64,000 nt of DNA, from the IMG/VR virus record IMGVR_UViG_3300038825_001787; one strand, written 5' to 3'. Under the pieces are notes generated by a model. That model searched no databases and had not been told where the DNA came from. It saw only the letters and a program-made list of their open reading frames with translations. Source of the DNA: an uncultured virus (IMG/VR IMGVR_UViG_3300038825_001787) (Duplodnaviria; Heunggongvirae; Uroviricota; Caudoviricetes). How positions within the stretch are numbered: the stretch's first letter is position 1; every line of letters begins with the position of its first letter. Shown here in pieces: positions 1 to 11,125 of the stretch. Made by a program: the position numbers and the translations under genes.

Positions 1-43
1 GGGCTCAGCAGAAATCATCTTAGCACATGGTGTATGGAGAATC

Positions 44-718
44 ATGGCTGGTGTTTTGACATTAGTTCCTTATGAGATAAGTGTTATTGGCGCAAGTAAA
101 AGTGGTAAGACGACACTTGATGGCCAACTAACCACTAGAGGAGAAATAAGAAAACTATACGAAAAAGATAGAACTCATCATAAAAAGGACTGGTTAGGTA
201 GGTACAAGTTACCTGACGCAACTAAGAAGCGAATACGTTCAGATGGATTAGCAAGAACAGTTGTTTCTAGAGACTTGGGTGGACATATAGAGTACCATTC
301 AACATGGTTGAGAGATATGATTAACCGTAACTGTAGTAGTGTAGTACTAGTAATAGATAATAGACACCTAATAGATACTAATAATATAGATAATCAAACT
401 GCTCTAGGATACTTAGTAAGAGCATTAAGCGATAAGAATAACACTCCTAGAGGACTCACTTGGAGGGGATGGTGGCGAGCAAAGAAATACTATCCTAAGA
501 GAGTCGTCGTACTTGCTAACAAAGCAGACGAGTGGATGACTGATGCTGACCACGCTACATGGGAGAAGGGTTTTATTGCCCGTCACCAAGTATTCGACGT
601 ATTTAGAGAAGACTTTTACCGCTTGCAATCCATGAATGTTCCTGTATATATGGATGCAATCAGTGCAAAATATGGGTGGAACGTACAGGACGCTTTAATC
701 AAGGGGTTATCAATATGA
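44..718 (+). CDS. Ras-superfamily-like small GTPase (frame is open to the window edge, so possibly 5'-partial)
   Basis: G1 GASKSGKTT, G3 DLGG, G4 NKAD and G5 SAK occur in the canonical order. Confidence 0.8.
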   Translation: MAGVLTLVPYEISVIGASKSGKTTLDGQLTTRGEIRKLYEKDRTHHKKDWLGRYKLPDATKKRIRSDGLARTVVSRDLGGHIEYHSTWLRDMINRNCSSVVLVIDNRHLIDTNNIDNQTALGYLVRALSDKNNTPRGLTWRGWWRAKKYYPKRVVVLANKADEWMTDADHATWEKGFIARHQVFDVFREDFYRLQSMNVPVYMDAISAKYGWNVQDALIKGLSI

Positions 719-1458
719 CAAACAGAGAAATATTAGACATGATGCAAAATCCTGCGCTCGACGCAGGTGGATATAACGACGTAGTAGCGCAAGTAGACTT
801 TAGGATGTCGGCACATCCTGACCCCAGAAAGGCAAGAAGAGCAAACATCAAAGCAGCGATTAAGGCATTGAAGCCAAATAAGAGAAGTATGTTCTCACCA
901 AAAAGACTTTTTAGAGGAAGGCATAGACATGTTAAACCACACGAATGTGTTTGTGACGGTATAGATTGCATAAAAGCAGACTATGGTGATTTGTTTGACC
1001 AATACTTTAGAGATCCAATCACATTAGAAATAGAAGCATTTAGACCAAATACGGGTGTGTTACCTGGAAGGGGTAGAAAAATGACTGGAACCTATTGCCC
1101 GCAACATATGATGCTGTATCATAATTTAATGGAGTGGATACAACAAGAAGAGAAAGAATCAGATCCTGGGTTCTTTGCTTCGATGGCAAAGAAAGGAATT
1201 GCATTCGTACCTATTGTCAGACAACCCGAAGAACCAGAGCATCCTTTAATCGTTAAATGGACACCTATTATACAAGAAGCAATGAAAGATGGTATACAAA
1301 TAGTGCATTATAAAAACCCAATCACAAAAGAAAACGACATTACTATGCTAGTGTTTGATAATAGGGTATTGCAGAACACTGCACCTAGACACAATACCAT
1401 GAAAACAATGGATATGGCAGAATATTACAAGGTCTTAGAAGAAATGCAGAGGCGATGA
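715..1458 (+). CDS. hypothetical protein
   Basis: Long ORF; ATG at 715 overlaps the GTPase stop (ATGA). Confidence 0.7.
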   Translation: MTNREILDMMQNPALDAGGYNDVVAQVDFRMSAHPDPRKARRANIKAAIKALKPNKRSMFSPKRLFRGRHRHVKPHECVCDGIDCIKADYGDLFDQYFRDPITLEIEAFRPNTGVLPGRGRKMTGTYCPQHMMLYHNLMEWIQQEEKESDPGFFASMAKKGIAFVPIVRQPEEPEHPLIVKWTPIIQEAMKDGIQIVHYKNPITKENDITMLVFDNRVLQNTAPRHNTMKTMDMAEYYKVLEEMQRR

Positions 1459-1500
1459 TTATGAGAAACGTTCAATACAAAGGACTAGGGTGGCTCTAAC

Positions 1501-2253
1501 ATGGGATTGTTTGGAAGAAGCAGCACGACCTCCCCTGCGGCGCTAATACCGCCAGGTGTAGGAGGTGGTATATCACAAGATCAAATGAACATGTTCGCTC
1601 AAGCAGCGAATGACTCGGGACTGACTGGATTAGGCATGGGAATGCTAGATCAGGTAACTGGTGGTGGAATAAACACAGATGAAGTAGAACTAATGTATCA
1701 TCTGATGGCTCGCCATCCTAACGAAGTAGACTTATTCTTCGTAGGAAATCCAGACTTCTTATCCGGTTTAGCAGAACTAATATCTACAATTATGAAAAGA
1801 GAATTGTATATATGGTTCAATTCGGAAGCAATAGCGGCAACAGTAAACGCTGCTACGGCAGCAGAATTAGGCTACTCAACTATTACACAAGAGAATATAG
1901 ACAATATCTTAAGCAAAATGTATTCAGCAGATGCTGGACAACAAAGAATCAACGCAGCAGATGCCGAAGCAATAAACCTAATTAATCAACACAAATATGG
2001 TATGCAAATGGGTGGTATGCAGGCTGGAATGATGAATCAACAACAACAATTCCAGCAACAAATGTATCAACAACAAATGATGCAGAACCAACAACCACAA
2101 GGAATTAGTGGTGCGTTAGGTAGTTTCGGTTCGACTCTACTAAGGGGTTCACTAGGTTTACCACCTGCACCAAACTATAACCAATATGCACAGCAACAAG
2201 GTATGTACCCACAGCAACAAGGTATGTATCAACAACCTAATGCAATGCAGTGA
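1501..2253 (+). CDS. Gln/Met/Gly-rich hypothetical protein
   Basis: 250-aa ORF with a low-complexity Q-rich C-terminus. Confidence 0.7.
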   Translation: MGLFGRSSTTSPAALIPPGVGGGISQDQMNMFAQAANDSGLTGLGMGMLDQVTGGGINTDEVELMYHLMARHPNEVDLFFVGNPDFLSGLAELISTIMKRELYIWFNSEAIAATVNAATAAELGYSTITQENIDNILSKMYSADAGQQRINAADAEAINLINQHKYGMQMGGMQAGMMNQQQQFQQQMYQQQMMQNQQPQGISGALGSFGSTLLRGSLGLPPAPNYNQYAQQQGMYPQQQGMYQQPNAMQ

Positions 2254-2296
2254 GTAAGCGAACCGCTTAAGTTATAGTCCCCCTTGGGATAGTTAG

Positions 2297-2662
2297 ATGA
2301 TGGGTAGTCGTACTCAGTTTGGTATGGTCGCGAGAGAGTTTGGAAATACACCAAACGGCTCTTTACCAGCGTATGCACCTATGGGAGAAATGGCACAGTA
2401 TCATAACCCTAGAGCACATCTAAAATACAAGAAAACCACCGCATTAGGCGAAAAACAAGGATTGGGAGCAATACTTCCAGTGGATGCATTAGGCGGTGCA
2501 GGGTTAATTGCACTAGGTATGATATACGTTGGGCTAAATTTCCCTTACTCGAAAGAAACTTTTGAATTTGTCAAAAGAAGAATAGACCAACCGAAAGAAA
2601 CGACACAAGCACTTTTGCTTGGTGCAGGTACACTCATATTAGTAAACAGAGCAAATAGGTGA
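2297..2662 (+). CDS. putative membrane protein
   Basis: Hydrophobic Gly-rich segments. Confidence 0.6.
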   Translation: MMGSRTQFGMVAREFGNTPNGSLPAYAPMGEMAQYHNPRAHLKYKKTTALGEKQGLGAILPVDALGGAGLIALGMIYVGLNFPYSKETFEFVKRRIDQPKETTQALLLGAGTLILVNRANR

Positions 2663-2666
2663 TTAT

Positions 2667-3269
2667 ATGAGTGGGTTTCACAGGTCAAATCTGTATCAAG
2701 ATGAAGAAGATGAAAAAGGTATGATAGATTTCTCTGGATTTTTAGGTGGAATGCCGGACGAGGCAAACCCTAGAATGAGAGAAGCAAGAGAAGAACCACC
2801 AAAAGTAACCACAAGACCTAGAGGACAAGCACCTCCTTCAAGTAACGCATCAGGGGTAAGTTCTCCAAATGTAGGTTACGTTTATACAAGACCTGTACTA
2901 GTTGACGAACCAGAAGATCCTAAGTTTTATCATGCTCTAAGCCCATTTTGGGCAGACGATGATTCTCTAGGTACGCCTAAACTACCAGCAATCAGTAAAG
3001 TAGCAGGGGTTACAATGTTTACTCTGGCTAGTATGTACCAACTAGGAACAAGGAAAACTGGTGGCTCTCCGGCTGCCAAAGCAGCAATGCTGTTGGGGAC
3101 AGCAATGTATGTACACCCAGTTTTGGGTGTAAATCACGGTGTTCTGAAAGTAATACCAGGAGAAGATCATTGGATAGCCAAGTATCCACGCTATGGTGGA
3201 ATAGGCATGATACACTTAGGTGGAGCATATGTATTCGGTAAAGGCATTAAGAAACAGGTGTTCCCATGA
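2667..3269 (+). CDS. putative membrane protein
   Basis: Several hydrophobic segments in the C-terminal half. Confidence 0.6.
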   Translation: MSGFHRSNLYQDEEDEKGMIDFSGFLGGMPDEANPRMREAREEPPKVTTRPRGQAPPSSNASGVSSPNVGYVYTRPVLVDEPEDPKFYHALSPFWADDDSLGTPKLPAISKVAGVTMFTLASMYQLGTRKTGGSPAAKAAMLLGTAMYVHPVLGVNHGVLKVIPGEDHWIAKYPRYGGIGMIHLGGAYVFGKGIKKQVFP

Positions 3270-5383
3270 GTGGATGGTTTGGAACGTCGAATAGAGAAAC
3301 AAATAATCCGCTAGATGGTATCAAAGCCGGTCATAGACGCAGAAGAAATCATCAGAAACAGAGATACAAGTCAATGGGCAGAATGACAATAGACCAAATG
3401 GCACAGCAAAATCCGCCTATGACACCGACTGGAGATATACAACAATACAGAGGATTCAAACTAGAGTCTACTTTCAACGCTTTCCTAAACAAATGGGTTA
3501 CTAAGGGAAGCAAGGGCTTGAACTTTTTTAATGCAGCAGGTCGCTCAAAAGGCGAATCAGTTAATGCAGTAAAGAGTAAAATAGACAATAGTCTCGGTAT
3601 AGTAGAGCCACAAATGACAATTTTCACCGATGCATCGTCTGCATCAACTACGGATGCAACCGTACCTGTGACAGACCCTGGAGAAGTAGCACGATTTAAC
3701 AGACTAAAAGCCCAAGAGGAGGCTAGAAAAATGTTCACTCCAGTTACTCTACCAATAGATTTCACTACTGGAAGGTACACAGTCCGTGCAGCATACAATA
3801 GTATGAGCAGAAAATACACTGTTAGCGTCTTTGAAGGAACGGTTGTTAAAGAAGTTGCAACTTTTAATCAAGATCAAGGCCCAGCGGCAGTGGCAAAACA
3901 CGCACAGTTCAAGAGTTTAGCCACAAAAAAGACAGTTTACGAAGGGAAAAAGCCACTTTCTGTCGCTAAAACCAACTACGATGTCAAACTACAAGTCACA
4001 ACAGCAGCAGCAGGACTCAGTGGATTCTTTAACGGCATAATGAATATCTTTGGACTAGGCTTGACTGTTGACCAAATGGTAGAGCAAAGTAAAGTTGGCC
4101 CTAAACCAGATTTCCACGCAGCAAGTAGCGCATCAGTTACTACTGACTATACTAGTGCTTCAAATAGACCGGAAGTATCAGCAAAATGGTCAGAAATGCC
4201 AGCAAAATCATTCAAAGTTATCACATCTAGAAAAGATGGTACGGTAGTGAAAGAATCTGGGTCAACCAGTGACTACCTAAAAGCAGTCGATATGTTCCAA
4301 GCAGAGGTTGCTACAATAGAAAACACACCCGATTTCTACGACCAAGACGCACCATTAGTACCAGAAGTACCTACAAATGACGGTAACGGTGGTGATATAA
4401 CCAGTTCACCAGACAAGAGACCATCTGAGCCGACAGTCTTGAGTTCTGGAGTCGTACAATTCCCAGCAGGTAGGAGATTCCAATTCATTAATACTAGTAT
4501 GATTGAAACAACTCAAGAGGTGGATTACAGGGGATACGTTCTTCGTGGTTTGTATTATGGCTACAAGAACAAGTCACATTCAGCGATAGTAATAGAAGTT
4601 CGTACCAAAAACTTGCCTTCTCATAAAGCAGCATTCCAAACCTTCTTTGCGGATTTGGAAAAGGGTGTAAAAGTGAACGCGGCTGCAGACGCTGCCAGAG
4701 CATGGGTTGATGCAAATCCTTTGGTGCAAAACGATGGCCCCGGTAACACAGGCTATCGAGATCCAATAATGATCGCAGCAGACGAAAAGAAAAGGAAAGA
4801 CGCAGCAAATGCAAAATTAGCAGAAGCAGCCAGATTTGAGCGAAGGAAAGAGCAAGAAGCAAGAAAGGCAGCGCAGGCAAAAGCAGCAGCAGCAAAAGCA
4901 AGAGCAGATAGAGAGGCTGCGCAAGACTATCTAAGACAAGAATCAGCACGAGCAGAAGAAGAAAAAGCAGCAGCCGATGCAAGGGCTGCAGAACAAAAAG
5001 CATCTGAAGCGGCAGCAGCAGAAGCCCAAGCAAAAGCAGACGCATTGAAATTCTTACAGCAAGACGCATCAGTAGTGACGACTGATACTACAACAGTCTA
5101 TCAAGACCCAATAATTACACAGGCTCAAACTGGTTCAGAAAACTACAATGAACTAGTAAACGCTGGAGAAGATACTACGACATTCTACCAAGACCCAATA
5201 ATCACACAGGCTCAAAACAGACCGGCGTATGTAACACAGAATTACGAAAACAATCCCTACATTGTTCAACAAGCAACAGCAGATAACGCTACTTTCAAAC
5301 AACCAGGAATGACATCAAACCAGACAATGGGATTAGCATTAGTTGGTCTTGCTGGATTAGTTTACGCATCAAACAGGAAGTGA
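3266..5383 (+). CDS. large protein with Ala-rich coiled coil and C-terminal membrane anchor (possible virion/surface protein)
   Basis: 705 aa; A/E/K/R-rich helix; duplicated TTTxYQDPIITQAQ peptide; C-terminal GLALVGLAGLVY. Confidence 0.7.
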   Translation: MSGWFGTSNRETNNPLDGIKAGHRRRRNHQKQRYKSMGRMTIDQMAQQNPPMTPTGDIQQYRGFKLESTFNAFLNKWVTKGSKGLNFFNAAGRSKGESVNAVKSKIDNSLGIVEPQMTIFTDASSASTTDATVPVTDPGEVARFNRLKAQEEARKMFTPVTLPIDFTTGRYTVRAAYNSMSRKYTVSVFEGTVVKEVATFNQDQGPAAVAKHAQFKSLATKKTVYEGKKPLSVAKTNYDVKLQVTTAAAGLSGFFNGIMNIFGLGLTVDQMVEQSKVGPKPDFHAASSASVTTDYTSASNRPEVSAKWSEMPAKSFKVITSRKDGTVVKESGSTSDYLKAVDMFQAEVATIENTPDFYDQDAPLVPEVPTNDGNGGDITSSPDKRPSEPTVLSSGVVQFPAGRRFQFINTSMIETTQEVDYRGYVLRGLYYGYKNKSHSAIVIEVRTKNLPSHKAAFQTFFADLEKGVKVNAAADAARAWVDANPLVQNDGPGNTGYRDPIMIAADEKKRKDAANAKLAEAARFERRKEQEARKAAQAKAAAAKARADREAAQDYLRQESARAEEEKAAADARAAEQKASEAAAAEAQAKADALKFLQQDASVVTTDTTTVYQDPIITQAQTGSENYNELVNAGEDTTTFYQDPIITQAQNRPAYVTQNYENNPYIVQQATADNATFKQPGMTSNQTMGLALVGLAGLVYASNRK

Positions 5384-5387
5384 TTAA

Positions 5388-5918
5388 GTGGCTAATAATT
5401 ATTGGAGATTACATACTTCTAAAGAAAAAGAAGCAGTTTGGGACAGGACATCCCCTGTAAGTAGCGTAGATGCGCGTATTCTTCAACAAAATATACAAGT
5501 TCTAGAAAGAGTTTCTATGCGATTACCTCAAGTAAACGCAGATATAGCGTCTTTAGAGGGTGAAATTGAGACAATTAACCGAGAAATAGTTTCTACTACT
5601 GACACAAGTGAAATAGTTTCATTAGCAAATCAAAGAAACTCGAAGTCCCGAATGTTAGAAACAGCAAAAACCGAACAGTCTGTACTAAAGGGAGAGGAGC
5701 GGGCTGCATTACAAATCATCAATAAAAACAGAGATGAAATGGCAAAGTTCTACAAAGATGGACCGTACATGACCGAAAACATGGGTGTTTTTTATACAGT
5801 TGTTGGATGGGGTGCTATATTAGCAGGTGCGTATTATTTAGTCAATACTCAACAAAGTTCTGGTGTTAAGTTTCGCAGCCTAATTCGTAGATCACCGCTT
5901 TCTGCGTCGTTTAGATAG
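5388..5918 (+). CDS. coiled-coil protein with C-terminal TM helix
   Basis: Heptad-like region followed by VFYTVVGWGAILAGAYYLV. Confidence 0.65.
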   Translation: MANNYWRLHTSKEKEAVWDRTSPVSSVDARILQQNIQVLERVSMRLPQVNADIASLEGEIETINREIVSTTDTSEIVSLANQRNSKSRMLETAKTEQSVLKGEERAALQIINKNRDEMAKFYKDGPYMTENMGVFYTVVGWGAILAGAYYLVNTQQSSGVKFRSLIRRSPLSASFR

Positions 5919-5949
5919 ATTTAAGTAAATAATAATACGAGGAACTAAT

Positions 5950-6246
5950 ATGGTCAGAGCAGTAGACATCAAATACAAACCACACGGAGTCCTTAAAGAC
6001 ATCATTGGTGGTAGACAAATGACACGCGGTAAAATAATGGCTGCATTGTGGAAAAAAATCGACAAAGCCGATTTGAAGGGTGTCGAAGGTGATACTGTCA
6101 AGTACAAAGGTAAGACCTACAAAGGTGGGCAAGTTATTCATGTTGGTGACGACCCAGATTTCAAAAAACTATGTGGTGGAAAGAAAAAGATAGCAATGTT
6201 TCAACTTTCTACATGCATAGGTAACTACATGGATCGAGTCAACTGA
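5950..6246 (+). CDS. SWIB/MDM2-domain protein
   Basis: LKDIIG..MTRGKIMAALWKKI...DPDFKKLCGG...MFQL resembles standalone SWIB proteins. Confidence 0.7.
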   Translation: MVRAVDIKYKPHGVLKDIIGGRQMTRGKIMAALWKKIDKADLKGVEGDTVKYKGKTYKGGQVIHVGDDPDFKKLCGGKKKIAMFQLSTCIGNYMDRVN

Positions 6247-6249
6247 GAA

Positions 6250-6432
6250 GTGATTGAAAGTAACATGAAAAAACAGTTAGGCATCTGTGAGTCTTGCAAG
6301 GGCCCAGTCACTAGACAAAGCAAAGACAAAATCTGCGGAAAGTGTTATTTGCAGAAAAGAAAAAAAATTAGAGACAAAATCAACAAAAAAGCCGAAAAAA
6401 GACAATATTTTGAAGAAAAATTTTGGTTTTAG
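6250..6432 (+). CDS. small Zn-finger protein
   Basis: CxxC...CxxC. Confidence 0.5.
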   Translation: MIESNMKKQLGICESCKGPVTRQSKDKICGKCYLQKRKKIRDKINKKAEKRQYFEEKFWF

Positions 6433-6575
6433 CAAAAATACCTGTTTAAACGCTGTTTAAGCGCATCAAAGGGGTTTCGGTCACTCTGATACCTTTTATG
6501 TTGTTTACTTGCCACAGGAGCGACGCACAAGGGTATGTTTTTTCACAAAGTCTAGAAAAATTGCAGTTTTGTCAT

Positions 6576-6812
6576 TTATGGATAAAATCTACCAATGACA
6601 CTTAATATCACACCCGCAGCCATGATAACTTGAACGATTCTCCAATTTCTTAGCATATCTTTCTTGGTTTCTTCTAATTTCTCAAGCAAGATTTCTTTGT
6701 CTTCATCTTGCATCTTGATTGTCAACTCTAGGTTGCTGGGTATCAGACTAGACAAAAATGAATCCGATTTAGAAACTGTTTTATCGTTAGACTTTCTTTT
6801 CCTTTCTTTTAC
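6576..6812 (-). CDS. small membrane protein
   Basis: C-terminal hydrophobic helix; probable start near MVKERK (start coordinate approximate). Confidence 0.45.
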   Translation of the reverse strand, partial: VKERKRKSNDKTVSKSDSFLSSLIPSNLELTIKMQDEDKEILLEKLEETKKDMLRNWRIVQVIMAAGVILSVIGRFYP

Positions 6813-6831
6813 CATTGCAAGGGCCCCCTTG

Positions 6832-7212
6832 TTACAGGACGTCTTCCGGTGCAAACTCACCGTTAGCGTCTATTAGTAGAAAGTCTTTTTTAGAAAAGCC
6901 AAAACTTTCGTACTTGTGAAATTTATTTTGTAGGAAGTCTTCTGGACTCTCTGTACCGAGTACTTCTATGAATCTGACAACGTGGGTTGGTGCTACTATA
7001 TCAGGAATACAGCCGTTCTTTAGTCTAACCTCTGTCCAGAAAGGTATTTTCTTGTCTATCAAGACATTACATATGTCAAATATTCTAACCCTGTGGTCAT
7101 TTGTATGATCTACATTCAATCTAACAGAGTTCATAGGATTCTTATATGCCCTGTCAACGTGCTCCCTAAAGAAGTCATTGACTATCTTTTGGTCGCTAGA
7201 AGGTAACTTCAT
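6832..7212 (-). CDS. PD-(D/E)xK-like nuclease-fold protein
   Basis: TEVRL..G.IPDIV.....FIEV pattern. Confidence 0.5.
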   Translation of the reverse strand: MKLPSSDQKIVNDFFREHVDRAYKNPMNSVRLNVDHTNDHRVRIFDICNVLIDKKIPFWTEVRLKNGCIPDIVAPTHVVRFIEVLGTESPEDFLQNKFHKYESFGFSKKDFLLIDANGEFAPEDVL

Positions 7213-7790
7213 TTCTTATTTCTCCAGTAGTTAAGAATACTGTAGATTTTCCATGTGTCTAAACCAGTTTTAACAGATATTTCTGACACCGACATACCAG
7301 TTTTCTTCCAATTTAGCACGTTATCGAGGATTGGCTTCTCGACAGGAGACTCAATTAAGATACCGTTATCGAACATAAATCCATATGGTGCAGACCCAGA
7401 TTGCTTAGAAGAGGCTTTTATTCCCATACGTATGTTAAGTGAACGCATAGTTTTGTAATACTCTCCTGCAGTTTGTACACTACCTAGTTGTTCTGCTGCT
7501 TTAGCACCCTTAATCCACGGTGTAGTTATACAATATATTGATTTTTTACTTAGTAGTTTAATCTGTTCTTTAGTTAGACCCTCTAGAGAGTATAGTAGTA
7601 TACCATTATAGTTATTTATATCAGATAGTAGTTCATCAACCCCATTAGGAATGTCATCCCAACCATCTGCGTAAAACTCATCTATTACGACATCTACGTC
7701 TTTTGCCTTTAGTTCCGTATACTTTACCATCTCAGTAAAGTCATATTGTTTACCTGCCGGTTTGTATAAATACGCTGCTACTTTTGTCAT
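7209..7790 (-). CDS. degenerate serine-recombinase-like protein with C-terminal HTH
   Basis: Resolvase-like layout with GSAPYGF and HTH, but no YxRxS catalytic motif. Confidence 0.5.
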   Translation of the reverse strand: MTKVAAYLYKPAGKQYDFTEMVKYTELKAKDVDVVIDEFYADGWDDIPNGVDELLSDINNYNGILLYSLEGLTKEQIKLLSKKSIYCITTPWIKGAKAAEQLGSVQTAGEYYKTMRSLNIRMGIKASSKQSGSAPYGFMFDNGILIESPVEKPILDNVLNWKKTGMSVSEISVKTGLDTWKIYSILNYWRNKK

Positions 7791-8248
7791 GTTAATTGCC
7801 TTCTGTTTTTTCCATATGATTTAGGAACTGTTGTTCTAACCTATTTAGCGGGAGAGATACTAAAGGTTCGAAGTATCTTAGGAACTGTTGCTCTGTGTAT
7901 CCTAATCTTATTGCTGCTCCCCAAGCCCAAGAATAAGAGGGTTTTACACCCAGATCTGCATACTCATCAAGTATGGTTTGTCTGCTATTTTCAATAGTTA
8001 AAGTAGTCAAAAATATCCACCCCTGAACTGTTCATACCACCAGTACGCCATGATTATTACCATAAATGATGCTATTGTTATTGTAGAATGGGTAATTGCA
8101 AAGTCGATTATTAACTCATAAGGATAATACCAATTTTCACCTTCACTAATAGACCCTAACATAGCAAAAATAGAGATTATACCTACTATTGTGCCTATTC
8201 TAATTACGGCATCTGGCTCGATATCACCAGTAAAGGGGTCTCTCAGCA

Positions 8249-8881
8249 TTAGTCTTCCTCCTCTGATGGTTGAACTAGGTTATTCCTATAGTTATAATAA
8301 TCTCGGTTGTGAAATACATTTGGAGGGTCTGTTGGGTAATACGGTCTTTCGTTTACCACCTGTGGATAAGGTGGTTGTCCTTGATGTCTTTGTGCTCTGA
8401 TTGCATTAACATAATCATCACCAGTCAAATCATTTATGTTTGGTCTTGGTGAGTATGGTTGGGTACGATTATGTGGGTATTTTCTTGGTAATCTATTTCT
8501 TTTCAGTTTCGGTTTAGATGCCTTGTACAAAATTCTATATTTATACATTTCTTCCCAATCTATATTCAATGAAGGTAATTCCCCTGAAAACCAAGTTGGA
8601 CTAACATAACGGGTCATTTTGTATTGTTTTCCAGGATAAAGATAGCCAGTTGTGGTAGAGTATCTTTTAAATTTACAAAAAGAACGCCTAACAGTATTAC
8701 AGTCAGAATGTCCACAACGAGTCTTCTGAATTAACTTGTTTTTAGCGATAATTTTGAATTTTTGGCCGAATACAGCACAAGAATGAGTCTTTGTTTTGCA
8801 ATTTATACAATGTACAATATCTTCCGTACGAACCGCTAAGAACGCAGAAGGTACTTTGTAAAGGTGCACTCTTTTAATCAT
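8249..8881 (-). CDS. hypothetical protein, Cys-containing
   Basis: 210-aa ORF in the minus-strand operon. Confidence 0.55.
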   Translation of the reverse strand: MIKRVHLYKVPSAFLAVRTEDIVHCINCKTKTHSCAVFGQKFKIIAKNKLIQKTRCGHSDCNTVRRSFCKFKRYSTTTGYLYPGKQYKMTRYVSPTWFSGELPSLNIDWEEMYKYRILYKASKPKLKRNRLPRKYPHNRTQPYSPRPNINDLTGDDYVNAIRAQRHQGQPPYPQVVNERPYYPTDPPNVFHNRDYYNYRNNLVQPSEEED

Positions 8882-10224
8882 TCTCCACGCTTCCTCTTTT
8901 CATAGTATAATTCGACAATTCCTTCACCAGCCAACGCTGCCCCACAGAGTGCCCAGAACAAATCTCCGCTAAAATTAGTATAGCCCAACTCATTAGTCAT
9001 TGCTAAAGCAAATAACACAAACCCAGTTAGAACTATCCATTCATATCTAAATACGAGTCTATTTGGTAATTCATACATTTCGTACTGCATTCTGTTCAGA
9101 ACGTCATTAAGTTTGTACTGTTCGAGCCATTCATTAGGTTTTTTCTTCATCGAATCACTTCCTATTAAGTCGATTTTCAACTGCCTCTACGCCTTTATCA
9201 AAGTTCCTTTTCATCTCTAACAAGCGATCTGCATGTGCTTTCAATGCAGTATATATCGCAACTGCACATAAAAGTAATAGACCAATGAAAAAGATTAGTA
9301 TTATCAGTAGAGTTTCTAATATCGCCACCGTCACTCCTCCTCATATGCATCTAAAATAACAGTAATAAGCGACATATACGTCTTCTTTTCTTCGTCTGTT
9401 TCTGCCGTTTGCAATTGTTTGAATCTCAATTTGAGACATTTTACAGTGTCTTTATGATATCGACACCACCATAGCGGGTCTTTTTCTTCATATTTTTCTA
9501 ATTTAATTGGGCCTTTCTGCATTATTCTTCCTCCTGTAATACCCATGTTTTCGCATCTTCCGGTGACTGACCGGGAAAGTATAGTTTGATTTTCTTTGAT
9601 GTAATCCACCCTATAATTGGTCTATTGTTCGTACTTCGGGCCATCACTCTTCCTCCATTTTAAATCCACCAGGGTACATTGCGTCGAATTCATGTGCCAC
9701 GATAGACAATGAATAAAGTATTTTATCGTATGATTCTTGGTATTTTAGGCTATTTGGCTTAACATTTAGTACGTGTCTGGCTGCTGCAACCAACGTCATA
9801 AACGAATGCCCAACCTTTGCTTTCCAGAAATCTTCGTTACTTTTCATCATTATCCCTCTTGTTAACCACTAAAAAAGACTTTCCAGGCAAATATTTCATG
9901 TCTATTGCAGTGTAGATCACCAGAACTACAAAATAAATTAGACATGCACCGGCACAGATACTACCAATAGCATCTAAAATCGACATATTACATCACCCGT
10001 TCCTGACATATCCAACATAACCCTGCTTTCAATTCGTGAAAAGGAACGTGCCTTTCACACTTATCACAAGGCCATATCGCACCTAAACTCATATTAACCT
10101 CTCCAACCTACTACATCTAGTACGTATCTGACGACATCTCTGCATACAAAGAAGTACGATATGCCCCAATATAGGAATAAAGGCAAGAATGCCGTCAACA
10201 TCAACAACATCAATCCATCAAACA

Positions 10225-10809
10225 TTAGTCTTCCTCCTCAAAGAACTCATTATAGACGTAAGGCCATGTTCTACCATATATTATATCAGATACAGTACCT
10301 CTCTTAATTCCTACATCTTCATATAACTTTACTATATCTCCTATAGATAGAGGCTCATATATAGGTTCTATACCATCATAGTATAGAGATAGGATATCCC
10401 ACACCTCGTCTTCTGTTAATTTGCTTCTAGGATTGTTCTCTCCAGCAATTCTTTTAGACTCGTGTAAATCATCCATATTGTCTATATGGTCGCCTAGTTT
10501 GTGATGTGATGGATTACAACAGAGACGGTTATGACACTGATGTAGTATCAATTCATCGGGTGTAATATATCCTCTATTAATCATATAAGACATCCTGTGT
10601 GCAAAGAAGTTTCTACCTGTTCCGGTTTCGTGGTGTTTCTTAACATGAAAGCGACCATAGCCGCCTTTATCTAGTCCACCTTGCCACTCTAAACAGCCTT
10701 TATGTTCTCCAGATTTGACCCTTTTCAACTTAGAATTGAAAGATTTGACCCAATCTTTATCAGCACATAGTGCCTCTATATGAGTTCTAATCTCCTCTTC
10801 GGTGGCCAT
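10225..10809 (-). CDS. HNH endonuclease with C-terminal helical DNA-binding region
   Basis: CLEWQG..GYGRF..AHRMSY..LHQCHNRLCCNPSH..N. Confidence 0.85.
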   Translation of the reverse strand: MATEEEIRTHIEALCADKDWVKSFNSKLKRVKSGEHKGCLEWQGGLDKGGYGRFHVKKHHETGTGRNFFAHRMSYMINRGYITPDELILHQCHNRLCCNPSHHKLGDHIDNMDDLHESKRIAGENNPRSKLTEDEVWDILSLYYDGIEPIYEPLSIGDIVKLYEDVGIKRGTVSDIIYGRTWPYVYNEFFEEED

Positions 10810-10811
10810 TC

Positions 10812-11120
10812 CTACTCCTCTTCTGACGTAACCACCGTTGCACTTGCTATCTGAGTCTGGTTGAACTCAGCAATGTTTGTCATTTGCTGCAACGCACCTC
10901 TATTAGCCTCTTTCATACCATGTAACCAATCATCGTCAACAACAAGATCCGGTACAGGTATCACAGATTCTTCACCAAAGTGATTGGATAGGATTATTTC
11001 TAACACGTGGGCTTGCTTGAAACTAACCTCTTGGTTGTCCATAAGCAATCCTCTGTATAACTCTAATTCCTTCTTTGCTGCTGTCAATTGTTTTTCTAAT
11101 GCACTCTTCTTAAATCCCAT
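10812..11120 (-). CDS. hypothetical protein
   Basis: ORF tightly packed in the operon. Confidence 0.6.
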   Translation of the reverse strand: MGFKKSALEKQLTAAKKELELYRGLLMDNQEVSFKQAHVLEIILSNHFGEESVIPVPDLVVDDDWLHGMKEANRGALQQMTNIAEFNQTQIASATVVTSEEE

Positions 11121-11125
11121 AATAT

